A stretch of DNA of 62,753 nucleotides, the filler included, from Candidatus Woesearchaeota archaeon (GTDB lineage Archaea > Nanobdellota > Nanobdellia > Woesearchaeales > BM511), in assembly GCA_023266675.1 (NCBI GenBank). It is 3 parts of 3 records of this genome, joined end to end, with 100 filler letters (N's around TTAATTAATTAA, not from the genome) between each part and the next. Parts side by side here need not be neighbours in the genome. Positions count along the whole stretch, not along the records: positions 1 to 28,227 come from JAHFPP010000009.1; positions 28,328 to 55,272 come from JAHFPP010000010.1; 1 more part is not named here. One strand, written 5' to 3'. The notes under the pieces are model-generated. The model saw only the letters and a program-made list of their open reading frames with translations, had not been told where the DNA came from and made no database searches. Position numbers and translations under genes: made by a program. How positions within the stretch are numbered: position 1 is the stretch's first letter; each line of letters starts with the position of its first letter. Shown piece by piece: positions 25,425 to 35,528 of the stretch.

Positions 25425-27068
25425 TTATCTTTGATAAATATCTAAATCTCTTTTGTCAAAAGCGCTTAATCTTTCAGCATGGTTAATTCCATACCCATTC
25501 ATAAGAAGAGTTGATATTGTTTCTGAAACTCTGCCTTCTAAAATCCTTTCTTGTCTTTTACCTGTTTCTATTGCAAAAGCTTCATATTCTGGAGAGTAAT
25601 CTTTTTCTGTGCTTTCAATAAGAGTTAGAAGATTGTTGTATCCTTCAATCATGCCTCTTACATTCAAAAAAGATCTATTATATCCTTCATTGTCTCCACG
25701 CATTTGCACAAGTCTGGATTCTTTCTTCATTACAGCTAAAACTTTTTCTGCGTTTACTGTTATTCTTCCTTTTTCTGATGAAGGATAAAAGAATGAGAAA
25801 TTAGGTGCATTTTTAAGATTCATATCAAAAAATGGGAAAAATTCTTCAACTAAAGATAAAGCCAAAATTTGCCTATCCTCCAATCGTTTGCCATATTCAC
25901 TCTTATTCTTTAACAAAAGGTCTGCATAGCTTTCAATAGCGGAAAGATGACTAAAGAAATCTTCCTTTGAAATTATCCCAGCTTCATGTATGCAATGAAT
26001 CAATGGTCGTGAGTATAATGTGTCGTAAATAAATTTTTCATAAGGCATTATTCTTGCAAGCTCAAGCTCAGTTTTTGAGACCTCGTGAACTTCTACGCTT
26101 TGAAATGGCACTTTAAAATTTATTTTTCCTTTGGAAATGGAGATGGGGAATGCATAAGACAAGTCATCAACAAGGGCGACATCTCCTGTTCTTAAATCCA
26201 TGGATATATTATGAGGATGAAACTCTCCGCTAAATCCGTTCATTCCAAAATCAACCGAATACTTTTTATTAAAATAAGACTTAGGGATATCATGCGCAGT
26301 AAGTATTGCAGTGTCATCTCTCCCTTGAAAAAAGTTTAGTTGATTAAGAATACTGCCAACAGATGAGAATATGTATTCCATATACTCTTTCGGGCTAATT
26401 TCTTTAACATCTGCAAGCTCCTTCATCAGCTGAGGAGTCAAAAATGATAACCTTATCGCTTCTGTTTTTTGCTCTGTAATGCTTATTGAGAAAGGTGTAT
26501 GTGCAGGAATTACAAGCTTTTCTTCATTTGAATCTATACCATAAAATTGTTCTGGAGCATTTGACATGAATTCTAAGAAGGCAACAGGAGTGTTGTGAAA
26601 AGGAATTCCATTATCCATAAGGTGACTATGAAGCGAAAGTGACCGTCCTATCTCTGACTCCAATACCGCAGGTGGCATTGAAGGAAGAGTCGGCGCATAT
26701 GAAGTGAACGTTGTTAGACTTCTGCTTGGCGGATGCCTTGGTGAGAATGTCCTTAAAATATAGGTTTTATCATCTATCCTTGCTTCAAAGCGGCGATATG
26801 AAAAAGGAGATGGAATAAAAGTTATTCGTTTATCGCTCTTTGTGTTTCTTATTACATATCTTGGAGTTGTCTTATAATATCTCCATATTGCTTCGTTAGC
26901 AACATCTGTGCTGAATGCAGGGGAATACAATTCTAAAATAGGATTAATTTCTGTTCTAAGGTGGGTTATATCTCTAAGAAGCTCAACGCTGCCGTTAACA
27001 ATTTCTTCCAAAAGTATTTTTGAAGAGTCGTCTTTAGAAAAATTATTTGTAAGGATGGAGACCGTCAT
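25425..27068 (-). CDS. Hypothetical protein, possible atypical kinase-like fold
   Basis: 547-aa ORF; LESEIGRSL..H..L...GIP and GEFHPHNI...VDD motifs. Confidence 0.55.
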   Translation of the reverse strand: MTVSILTNNFSKDDSSKILLEEIVNGSVELLRDITHLRTEINPILELYSPAFSTDVANEAIWRYYKTTPRYVIRNTKSDKRITFIPSPFSYRRFEARIDDKTYILRTFSPRHPPSRSLTTFTSYAPTLPSMPPAVLESEIGRSLSLHSHLMDNGIPFHNTPVAFLEFMSNAPEQFYGIDSNEEKLVIPAHTPFSISITEQKTEAIRLSFLTPQLMKELADVKEISPKEYMEYIFSSVGSILNQLNFFQGRDDTAILTAHDIPKSYFNKKYSVDFGMNGFSGEFHPHNISMDLRTGDVALVDDLSYAFPISISKGKINFKVPFQSVEVHEVSKTELELARIMPYEKFIYDTLYSRPLIHCIHEAGIISKEDFFSHLSAIESYADLLLKNKSEYGKRLEDRQILALSLVEEFFPFFDMNLKNAPNFSFFYPSSEKGRITVNAEKVLAVMKKESRLVQMRGDNEGYNRSFLNVRGMIEGYNNLLTLIESTEKDYSPEYEAFAIETGKRQERILEGRVSETISTLLMNGYGINHAERLSAFDKRDLDIYQR

Positions 27069-27255
27069 ATTTGCCTTTTACTCCATCACCACTCATACTA
27101 CTTAACAATAAATCTCTGTAAGGTACATTTTTAGGAATAACAGGTGCATCAATACTTCCAACTACAGCATCAATAGAGGTAAACTTAGGTATTGGAGTTT
27201 CTGAGTTGTCATCAAAGAATCTTCCTTGCTTAATAAATCGATTTCCACTGACCAT
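27043..27255 (-). CDS. Small hypothetical protein
   Basis: 70-aa ORF preceded by a TTTATAAA TATA box; overlaps the start of the next gene. Confidence 0.45.
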   Translation of the reverse strand: MVSGNRFIKQGRFFDDNSETPIPKFTSIDAVVGSIDAPVIPKNVPYRDLLLSSMSGDGVKGKYDGLHPYK

Positions 27256-27308
27256 TTTATTACTACTAATTCATCAAAGTTTATAAATATTGTGCAATTT
27301 TCTTGATT

Positions 27309-27878
27309 ATGTCACTCTTTAGAATAGTAACAGATAGGATTGAGAAAGATTATGCAGACAAAATAATCTGTGATGTAACTTCTGTTTTTCAAGATATACA
27401 CATATTTGATACAATATCTGATGATAGAATAAAAAATTTGGAGCAATCAATATCGAACGGAAAAGAAAATGGAATTCCTAAGGAAGAACTGTTAAAATAT
27501 CTTCACAATAACTACTTCAATTCTGTTTTATGCCTTACAAGCTCAGCAGTAATTGATGAAAATAAAGCATTTATTCGCGGTTATTCTGAGCAATCAACTT
27601 TCAGAAATCATGGTCATATATTTGTTTCAGCATACCTTTCGGAATTTAAAGATGAAGATGGTCATTTATTGCATAAACTTGTTTCAAAGGTTGCAGTGCA
27701 TGAATTAGGGCATTATTTTGGGCTTGATGACCATAATGTGCAAGACGGAATAATATACACGCCGCAAACATGCATCATGACTCAGTCAGAAATTACTAAA
27801 CCATTAGCTGAGAGAAAAAAAGAGCTTGAAATCAGAGGAACAAGTTTTTGCGATTATTGCATTGAAAGATTATATTAA
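27309..27878 (+). CDS. Archaemetzincin-like zinc metalloprotease (M54)
   Basis: KVAVHELGHYFGLDDH...CIM...FCDYC. Confidence 0.82.
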   Translation: MSLFRIVTDRIEKDYADKIICDVTSVFQDIHIFDTISDDRIKNLEQSISNGKENGIPKEELLKYLHNNYFNSVLCLTSSAVIDENKAFIRGYSEQSTFRNHGHIFVSAYLSEFKDEDGHLLHKLVSKVAVHELGHYFGLDDHNVQDGIIYTPQTCIMTQSEITKPLAERKKELEIRGTSFCDYCIERLY

Positions 27879-27994
27879 CATATTTTATTTTTTTAATTAC
27901 ATTTTCTGACGACATATTAATTTCTATCAAAAAGTATAAAAAGAGCTGATATTCCTTTGATTTAACCAATGATTATTGGTCGGGGATACAGTAA

Positions 27995-28227
27995 ATGCTA
28001 AAAACCAAGTTCATCGTCATTACTGGCGGAGTCTTATCAGGACTTGGAAAAGGAGTCGTAACTGCGTCAATCGGCAGAATTCTAAAAGCGCAAGGGTACA
28101 AGGTTACTGCAATAAAAATTGACCCATATCTTAATTTTGACGCAGGAACAATGCGTCCAACTGAGCACGGTGAAGTTTTTGTTACTAATGACGGCGGCGA
28201 AACTGATCAGGATCTTGGAAACTATGA
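27995..28227 (+). CDS. pyrG: CTP synthase, N-terminal fragment cut by the contig end
   Basis: [50 protein letters not shown]. Confidence 0.97.
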
Positions 28228-28327
28228 NNNNNNNNNNNNNNNNNNNNNNNNNNNNNNNNNNNNNNNNNNNNTTAATTAATTAANNNNNNNNNNNNNNNNN
28301 NNNNNNNNNNNNNNNNNNNNNNNNNNN
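28228..28327. other. Artificial contig linker
   Basis: 44 N + TTAATTAATTAA + 44 N; stops in all six frames. Confidence 0.95.
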
Positions 28328-28328
28328 T

Positions 28329-28643
28329 GAAGACTTATCTTATTTTATTACTTCTATCATTACAGGATTATCTGTTTCGTTTTTTATTATTTTATGGACA
28401 ACTAATTATGTATTTAATAATACTCTTCTTAAGAAAATATTATTATCTCTAGATCTTGTGATTTGTTCTATTTTCATTTATTTATTAATCTATCTTACTT
28501 ATTCAAGAAGATGTATCAAATTTATAGTGGATTATACACATAAACTAATAGTAAAAACTGGATGGAGATTATTTATGGTCTTATTTTTAATTTTAATAAT
28601 CCTTTACAATCTTTATCTAATCTATCTAATCTTTTTTGTATAA
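28329..28643 (+). CDS. Membrane protein, C-terminal fragment
   Basis: Frame open from the gap; three hydrophobic segments. Confidence 0.55.
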   Translation, partial: EDLSYFITSIITGLSVSFFIILWTTNYVFNNTLLKKILLSLDLVICSIFIYLLIYLTYSRRCIKFIVDYTHKLIVKTGWRLFMVLFLILIILYNLYLIYLIFFV

Positions 28644-28692
28644 CACTTCCTTTAAACCAAATGTTTTTAAATAAAGTGTGCATTTTAATTGC

Positions 28693-29832
28693 ATGGATGA
28701 TGCGATAGAGTTTCATAGAAAGCATAAAGGAAAGTTTGCGATAGCATCAAAGGTTCCTCTAAAAAACAAGGAAGACTTGTCTTTGGCATACACGCCTGGC
28801 GTTGCAAAAGTTTCTATGGCAGTTTCTAAAGACAATTCTTTAGCTTACAGCTTAACTTCAAAAGGCAACATGGTTGCTGTCGTTTCTGACGGCACAGCAG
28901 TTCTTGGGCTTGGCGACATTGGTCCTTACGGCGCAATGCCTGTCATGGAAGGAAAAGCGATACTATTCAAGCACTTTGGAAACATTGACGCTGTGCCAAT
29001 ATGCCTGAACACTAAAGACGTTGATAAAATCGTTGAGACAGTTAAAATGATTGCGCCAACGTTTGGCGGCATAAACCTTGAAGACATATCCGCGCCAAGA
29101 TGCTTTGAAGTTGAAGAAAGATTAAAGCGCGAACTTGACATACCTGTCTTTCACGATGACCAGCATGGAACAGCAATAGTTGTTGTTGCTGCGATAATAA
29201 ACGCTTTAAAGATTGTCAAAAAGGACATAAATGACGTTACTGTAGTGATTAGCGGCGCAGGCGCTGCAGGTATTGCAACAGCAAAACTTCTTGGCGTAGC
29301 AGGTGTTGAAAAACTTTTTTTAGTGGATTCAAAAGGTATCACATCACGCTCAAGAACTGACTTAAACAAATACAAAAAAGAACTCTCAGACAAATTTAAC
29401 ATGGAAAAACAAGGCTCATTAAAAGATGCATTAAAAGATGCAGACATATTCATCGGAGTGTCAGTTGCAGGCGCATTAAAACAGGATATGATAAAAGGCA
29501 TGGCACGCGACCCTATAATAATCGCCATGGCAAACCCAGTGCCTGAAATAATGCCTGATGAAGCTTACGCAGCAGGCGCTGCAATTGTAGCAACAGGTAG
29601 AAGTGATTTTCCAAACCAGGTAAATAATTTACTCGCATTTCCAGGAATATTTCGAGGCGCGTTTGATTGCGGCGCAAAACAGATAACTGAGGAGATGAAA
29701 ATTGCATCAGCTCACGCACTAGCCGCATTAATTAAGCACCCAACAAAAGACAAGATACTCCCAACACCATTTGATGAAGGAGTTGTTGAAGCGGTATCCA
29801 CAGCAGTAAAACTCGTACATAAAATATTCTAG
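28693..29832 (+). CDS. mae: NAD(P)-dependent malic enzyme
   Basis: LSLAYTPGVA, DGTAVLGLG, MEGKA, INLEDI, FHDDQHGTA, GAGAAG, NQVNN. Confidence 0.96.
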   Translation: MDDAIEFHRKHKGKFAIASKVPLKNKEDLSLAYTPGVAKVSMAVSKDNSLAYSLTSKGNMVAVVSDGTAVLGLGDIGPYGAMPVMEGKAILFKHFGNIDAVPICLNTKDVDKIVETVKMIAPTFGGINLEDISAPRCFEVEERLKRELDIPVFHDDQHGTAIVVVAAIINALKIVKKDINDVTVVISGAGAAGIATAKLLGVAGVEKLFLVDSKGITSRSRTDLNKYKKELSDKFNMEKQGSLKDALKDADIFIGVSVAGALKQDMIKGMARDPIIIAMANPVPEIMPDEAYAAGAAIVATGRSDFPNQVNNLLAFPGIFRGAFDCGAKQITEEMKIASAHALAALIKHPTKDKILPTPFDEGVVEAVSTAVKLVHKIF

Positions 29833-29928
29833 ATTTCCTTATTCTAACTACAGTTCTCTCATTCAACTTAAACATCCAATTAATAAATACTTTTTAAATT
29901 ACAATTCCTCAGTCTCGAGGTGTTATCA

Positions 29929-30957
29929 ATGGCAGGAAAGGATGAACTAATTATAACAAGAACTTTTAATGCATCAAAAAAAGATTTATTCAATGCATGG
30001 ACAAATCCTGACTTACTTAAAAAATGGTGGGGACCAGAGGGATTTAGCTGCCCAGTTGCAAGAATCGATTTAAAAGTCGGCGGAAAATACGTCTACTGCA
30101 TGCGTGGCGAAATCGGAGACTTTAAAGGAAAGGATTTTTGGAGCGGCGGCGAATACAAAAAAATTGACGCGCCAAACAAACTGATTATCTCAGATTATTT
30201 CTGCGACAAAAACGGCAACAAGACAGACCCGACAGCGCATGGCCTTGACAAGAATTTTCCAAAGGAGTCCTTAGTTACAATAACCTTCACAGAAAAAAAC
30301 GGTAAAACAACACTTAAAACTTCTTACAAGCTTCCAAAATCAAAAGCAGCGCGAGAATCAATTAAAAAAAGCAGAATGGATGAAGGATGGAACTCAAGCC
30401 TAAACAAGCTTCAAAAATTAGTTGAGAATAAAACTAAAAATTTCAAAATGAAAGAGTTTGTCATTAAACGAACATTCAACACTGACAAGAAAACTCTTTG
30501 GCAGGCTTTCACAAATGAAAAATATATGAGGCAATGGTGGGGTCCAAAAGAAGTTGACGTAATTCATTCTGAAATGAATCTTAAAGTTGGCGGAAAATAT
30601 CATTACTGCATGCAAAATTATAATGGAGAACGAAACTGGGGAAGAATGGTCTTTAAGGAAATCTGCAAGCCAGACAAACTTGTTTTCATAAACTCTTTCT
30701 CAAACGAGAAAGGAGAATTGACGAGGGCGCCGTTTCCAGGTCCATGGCCTTTAGAGATGTTGACTACGATGACATTCACAGAGAAAAACGGAAAAACAAC
30801 AGTAAACATTTCATGGATTCCAATTAACAACACAAAAGAAGAATACAATGTTTTTGACAAAGGACGTGACGGAATGGTAACAGGATGGACTGGTTCGCTT
30901 GACAGACTTGATAAATGCATTAAAAACTTTCAGAAGAAAAGAGGAGATAGATGTTAA
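29929..30957 (+). CDS. Tandem double SRPBCC/AHSA1-domain protein
   Basis: Two repeats of R.FN....W.A.T......WWGP...DL.VGGKY.YCM...GW..SL..L. Confidence 0.9.
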   Translation: MAGKDELIITRTFNASKKDLFNAWTNPDLLKKWWGPEGFSCPVARIDLKVGGKYVYCMRGEIGDFKGKDFWSGGEYKKIDAPNKLIISDYFCDKNGNKTDPTAHGLDKNFPKESLVTITFTEKNGKTTLKTSYKLPKSKAARESIKKSRMDEGWNSSLNKLQKLVENKTKNFKMKEFVIKRTFNTDKKTLWQAFTNEKYMRQWWGPKEVDVIHSEMNLKVGGKYHYCMQNYNGERNWGRMVFKEICKPDKLVFINSFSNEKGELTRAPFPGPWPLEMLTTMTFTEKNGKTTVNISWIPINNTKEEYNVFDKGRDGMVTGWTGSLDRLDKCIKNFQKKRGDRC

Positions 30958-30958
30958 A

Positions 30959-31390
30959 ATGAAAAAACTAAATGTGTACCTAAACTTCAACGGAAACACT
31001 GAGGATGTGTTTAATTTCTACAAATCAGCTTTTAAAGGAAAATTTATTATTATTCAAAGATTCAAGGACATGCCTGACGGCAACAATTTTCCAAAAAAAG
31101 ACCAAAACAAAATAATGCACGTGTCGCTTCAGATAAATAAAGATATTATCCTAATGGCTTCTGACGCGCTTGAATCACAGGGACAAAAAGTGGTTCAGGG
31201 AAACAACTTTTACATTCAGATTGAGCCTGAAAGCAAGAAGGAGACAGACAAATTGTACGAGTCACTTTCAACTGGCGGAAAAATAGAGATGAAGCTTCAG
31301 GATGCATTTTGGGGAGCATACTCATGCATGTTTAAAGACAAGTTTGGAACAGGATGGATGATTAACTACACTTATCCAAAAAAGAAATGA
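30959..31390 (+). CDS. VOC/PhnB-family protein
   Basis: YLNFNG, IMH..L, ASD, GNN, FWG..DKFG..WMI. Confidence 0.9.
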   Translation: MKKLNVYLNFNGNTEDVFNFYKSAFKGKFIIIQRFKDMPDGNNFPKKDQNKIMHVSLQINKDIILMASDALESQGQKVVQGNNFYIQIEPESKKETDKLYESLSTGGKIEMKLQDAFWGAYSCMFKDKFGTGWMINYTYPKKK

Positions 31391-31402
31391 GGAGGAGATA
31401 CA

Positions 31403-31834
31403 ATGGCAATACTTAATCAGATGATACGGTTTGACGGCAAAACAGAGGAGGCATTTGATTTTTATAAATTGGCTTTTGGAACAAAATTAACTTCAATTAT
31501 GCGATGGAAAGAAATGCCAGGAAACAATAAACTTTCAAAGAAAGATGGAGATAAAATAATGCATATAGCGCTTCCAGTCGGAGAATTCTCACTTATGGGG
31601 TCTGATGTTATAGGGGAGTATAAGAAAAAATTCAATGAAGGAAACAATTTCTCAATAGTAATCCAGGCAAAAAGCAAAGAAGAGGCAAACTCGCTTTACA
31701 AAAAACTTTCCAATGGTGGAAAAATATTCATGCCACTGTCCGACTCTTTCTGGGGTTCGTATTACGCGCAGTTCCACGACAAATTCGGAATAGAATGGAT
31801 GATAAATTACACTTACCCAAAAAAACAGAAGTGA
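31403..31834 (+). CDS. VOC/PhnB-family protein (paralogue)
   Basis: IMHIAL, GSD, GNNFSI, FWGSYY...DKFGIEWMI. Confidence 0.9.
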   Translation: MAILNQMIRFDGKTEEAFDFYKLAFGTKLTSIMRWKEMPGNNKLSKKDGDKIMHIALPVGEFSLMGSDVIGEYKKKFNEGNNFSIVIQAKSKEEANSLYKKLSNGGKIFMPLSDSFWGSYYAQFHDKFGIEWMINYTYPKKQK

Positions 31835-31839
31835 GACAA

Positions 31840-32331
31840 ATGATAAAGCAAAAAATAACAAATTGCTTGTGGTTTGACAGCGAAGCGCTTGAAGCTGCAA
31901 AATATTATGTTTCAATTTTTAAGAATTCAAAAATACTGCAGATTACGCATTACGATGAGGCATCATCAAAAGTTTCAGGACAGAAAAAAGGAAGTATATT
32001 AACTGTTTTATTCATTTTAGACGGACAAAAGTTCATGGCATTAAATGGCGGACCAATCTTTAAATTCAACGAAGCAATGTCATTAATGGTTGACTGCAAA
32101 GATCAGAAAGAAGTTGATTATTACTGGAAAAAACTTTCCAGCGGCGGAGAAGTCGTAGAATGCGGATGGCTAAAAGACAAGTATGGCGTCTCATGGCAGG
32201 TTGTGCCAACTGAATTAAACAAACTGATTAGTTCAAAAAACAAAGTCAAGTCAGAACGCGCAATGCAGGCAATGATTAAAATGAAAAAGCTTGATATAAA
32301 CATTATAAAAAAAGCGTATAATCAGAAATGA
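31840..32331 (+). CDS. VOC-family protein (3-demethylubiquinone-9 methyltransferase-like/PhnB)
   Basis: QKIT.CLWF, ALNGGP.FKFNEA, CGWLKDKYGVSWQVVP. Confidence 0.92.
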   Translation: MIKQKITNCLWFDSEALEAAKYYVSIFKNSKILQITHYDEASSKVSGQKKGSILTVLFILDGQKFMALNGGPIFKFNEAMSLMVDCKDQKEVDYYWKKLSSGGEVVECGWLKDKYGVSWQVVPTELNKLISSKNKVKSERAMQAMIKMKKLDINIIKKAYNQK

Positions 32332-33574
32332 TTATTCAAATTTGTATCCTTCTGGAACAATTGTTATCTTATTTTTGAAGTCAACTCTGAAACCTCTTTT
32401 GTTATCATGCTCTAAATCCCGCCCTATACTAGTTCCTGCAGGAATTATTACTCCTTTATCAACAATGGTCCTGTACAGGTTAGCGCCTTTTCCGACATAA
32501 TTGTTTCCCATAAGAATAGTATCAGTTATATCTGCGCCATCAATTATTGAATTATATGAAAGTATTGAACCATTTACATTCCCTGAATAAATAACTGTTC
32601 CGTTTGCTGAAACAGAATTACGTGGGTTACCATCCAAATTTTTTGCAGGAGTTGAAACTTCCATATAAGTATGAATTGGCCAATTAGGATGGTGCGCGTT
32701 AGGTATCTCTCTTGGAAGCGCAACTTCCATACTCGTGTTGAAAAATTCAATTGGTGAGCCAACATCTCTCCAATAAGGTTCAGTTTTTCTTTCTTCTCCA
32801 TCAATTCGGTTATCTCTAAAATTATAAACAAATACTCTTCTGTTATTTCTTAGCATGCTTGGGATTATGTCAAAACCAAAATCATTTTTTGAGAATGTTT
32901 CTGGGCTTTCTTTCACGAGGGGACCATCAGTTGTAAATTCTCTTTTCCCGTCTAAAACAAGTTCTTCAAGCAAAGAGCGAGGGTTGAATGCATAGTTTCC
33001 CATGGATGCAAGACAATATCCTTCCATTCCGGGGATTTGTTTTGGGTGTTCTGGTTTTTCTTCAAAACCTTTTAATCTCCAATCTTTATCAACTTCAAGG
33101 TATCCCTGAAATAGTCATGTCAGCATTATTATCCCTATGAAACTGATTCATCTCTCTTACATCCATTATATATATGTGGTCAGCGCCAAATACGTTGACA
33201 ATAGAAGGATTCCCATATCCAATATCATCCATATTCTGAAATATTGCATTTGCTGTTCCTCTATACCATCCTTCTTCTTCCTTGCTTCCAAGGGTGGCAG
33301 CGCGAATGTTAAATGAGTCATTCTGACCAAATCCGACACGCGGGTACCATCCTTCACTTATATGCTTGATAAGCGAATCTGATCTATATTGCGTTAAAAT
33401 TAGAACTCTTTTTGAACCTGCTTGGGAGTTATATATGTTGCTAAGCACATAATCAATTACTCTGTGTGTTCCTCCAAACGGAACTGCAGGCTTAGCTCTT
33501 CGAGTAGTCAATGGGCGCAGTCTTTTTCCTTCTCCGCCTCCAAGCACATATACTAATTCATTTAATTTAGGCAT
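32332..33574 (-). pseudogene. glgC: Glucose-1-phosphate adenylyltransferase, frameshifted by an internal deletion near 33100
   Basis: GGGEGKRL.PLT..RAKPAVPFGG, WYRGTA, DHIY.MD in frame 1; FEEKP, ASMGNY, YWRDVG and beta-helix in frame 2. Confidence 0.88.
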
Positions 33575-33687
33575 AAACCATAGAATCTCTTTATTATTTA
33601 TAAATTTTTCTTATAGTACCACTATATAATAGTTAAAACTAATTAAATTTATAAATCAAACATGATTTCCTATGAGATTGAGAAACA

Positions 33688-34602
33688 ATGGCAGAATTAA
33701 CTGAGTTAATTGAGAAAACCGATTTAGCAATACCATCACTAGACAGCATTCTTCCAAATAGATGGGACCCATACAGTAATGACCAACATGATGAGATAAA
33801 TGAATCTCTGGCACAGCTTAATCTTCCTAATTATCATCAAATGTCTGCGCAGGATAAGATTACACTTGTTGATGTAACAAATCAAGTCAGGGTAAATAGA
33901 CAACAAAGGTTAGAGAATGCAAGAAAGATACTCGGCGTTGACAATCAGACATTAACTCTTATTGCAGAAGAAATTGAAGCACTTCATGGAAAAAGATTCA
34001 GCGAATATTACCTTCGTATAAACGGATATGCTCCTGTGGTATCATTTTTAACAAAACTTTTTGGAGAGGATATGCGCAGTAGAAATATTGTAGAGATAGG
34101 GACAGGCAATGACGGCATTGCAATGCTTGGATACTTCTCAAGAAAAGGAGCCAGATGCTATGGCTTGGACTCTGAATCAACTCCAAAAGACGAAAAACTG
34201 AAAGAACACAACGTTCAATTCATTAAAGACAGATGGGAAAACATTGCATTGCATTTTGAACCTTTAAGTGTTGACGCAATATACCTTCAGTATATGCATC
34301 CAAATCCAGATATAGACAGTCCTTTATTTAATAATGAAGCATACACTAATCAAGGAGTTGATGGAATGCGCAAAAGAATAGAGGAAAAACAGTGGGATTT
34401 CCAGAAACACGTTGCAAAAGAGATGCATAAAATTTTAAAACCAAATGGCGTTTTCGCGTTAAGAGAATTAGATCAATTTTTAGAAGAACGCAGTGAGTTC
34501 ATTGCATATGAAACTTGCTTCACACAAAACGGATTCACGCTTCATAAACCAAAGCTTGAGAAATTCGGACGATATCTGCATATATTCCAGAAAACAAATT
34601 AA
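33688..34602 (+). CDS. Class I SAM-dependent methyltransferase-like protein
   Basis: IVEIGTG, YGLD, SVDAIY, HKILKPNG. Confidence 0.8.
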   Translation: MAELTELIEKTDLAIPSLDSILPNRWDPYSNDQHDEINESLAQLNLPNYHQMSAQDKITLVDVTNQVRVNRQQRLENARKILGVDNQTLTLIAEEIEALHGKRFSEYYLRINGYAPVVSFLTKLFGEDMRSRNIVEIGTGNDGIAMLGYFSRKGARCYGLDSESTPKDEKLKEHNVQFIKDRWENIALHFEPLSVDAIYLQYMHPNPDIDSPLFNNEAYTNQGVDGMRKRIEEKQWDFQKHVAKEMHKILKPNGVFALRELDQFLEERSEFIAYETCFTQNGFTLHKPKLEKFGRYLHIFQKTN

Positions 34603-34634
34603 TATTCTCTCTAGTTGGATATATAGAAAATTCA

Positions 34635-35486
34635 TTAATTATTCTCTCTAAACATTGCTATCTCTTTTACTGCAGTAAGATAATGTTTTGAATTATTATA
34701 CCTCAATATCGCTTTATCATGATTATTACTAAATCCTCTTTTGCTTAGATAGTATGCTGAAGAAAATATTGCATCTCTCATATTAAATGGGTGTGATTTT
34801 GTAACGTCGCCAGCTTCCCCGACAAATTCTCTGTTAAGTGACCACGGCAAAAATTGACTAAAACCAGTTGCGCCTGCATACGAGCCTTTAAGCGAGAATA
34901 TTGGAATCTTTGTTCTTTTAGAGTAATCTATCAATTCAGCTAAATGGTCCAAGGCAAACTTTCTTTTTTTCTCAACAAAGACATAAGTAGATGCGAGCGC
35001 ATTCACTGTTTTATATCTCCCTAAATTATTTCCAAATTTTGTTTCTATACCAATAATACCAGTTATATACTCTTTGTTAACCTTATGTCTTTTTTCTGCC
35101 ATCTCAAGCGCTTCCTTATGCTCTTCCATGAATCTTTGTTTTAATTCAAAAATTTCATTAATGCCAAGAACACGCTTATAATCATCATAATTTCTAATCA
35201 CAAATTTTTCTTTGCCGTCTGCTTTGCATCCATTCCAATTATACATCACACCTTTCTCTATCTTAAACTCTGCGTCATTAAATATTGAATCAATTGTTTT
35301 GCTGTCAAACTTTCTGGATAATTCTCTTCTTAATTCAGAAACTTTCTTCTCTTCCTTAACTTCAATCTTCTCAGTTATGCATCCTTTATTATTTGTCACT
35401 GCATTTGTTCTTTGCTCTGCATAAACATCACTAATTGGAGAGAGAAGCATTGCTATAACAGCAGATGTTGTTATTGTTCTTTTCAT
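34635..35486 (-). CDS. mltB: Secreted lytic murein transglycosylase B-like protein (SLT_2/GH103)
   Basis: Signal peptide; GIIGIETKFG (catalytic Glu), GSYAGA.G.SQFLP, DAI.S.AYYL, AILRYN.S..Y..AV. Confidence 0.9.
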   Translation of the reverse strand: MKRTITTSAVIAMLLSPISDVYAEQRTNAVTNNKGCITEKIEVKEEKKVSELRRELSRKFDSKTIDSIFNDAEFKIEKGVMYNWNGCKADGKEKFVIRNYDDYKRVLGINEIFELKQRFMEEHKEALEMAEKRHKVNKEYITGIIGIETKFGNNLGRYKTVNALASTYVFVEKKRKFALDHLAELIDYSKRTKIPIFSLKGSYAGATGFSQFLPWSLNREFVGEAGDVTKSHPFNMRDAIFSSAYYLSKRGFSNNHDKAILRYNNSKHYLTAVKEIAMFRENN

Positions 35487-35528
35487 AATATACCAAGAAT
35501 AAAAAACTTATTTATAAATTGCATAGAC

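Noticed and set aside
28272..28283. TTAATTAATTAA as a biological repeat
   Set aside because: Embedded symmetrically in Ns twice, so it is an assembly linker
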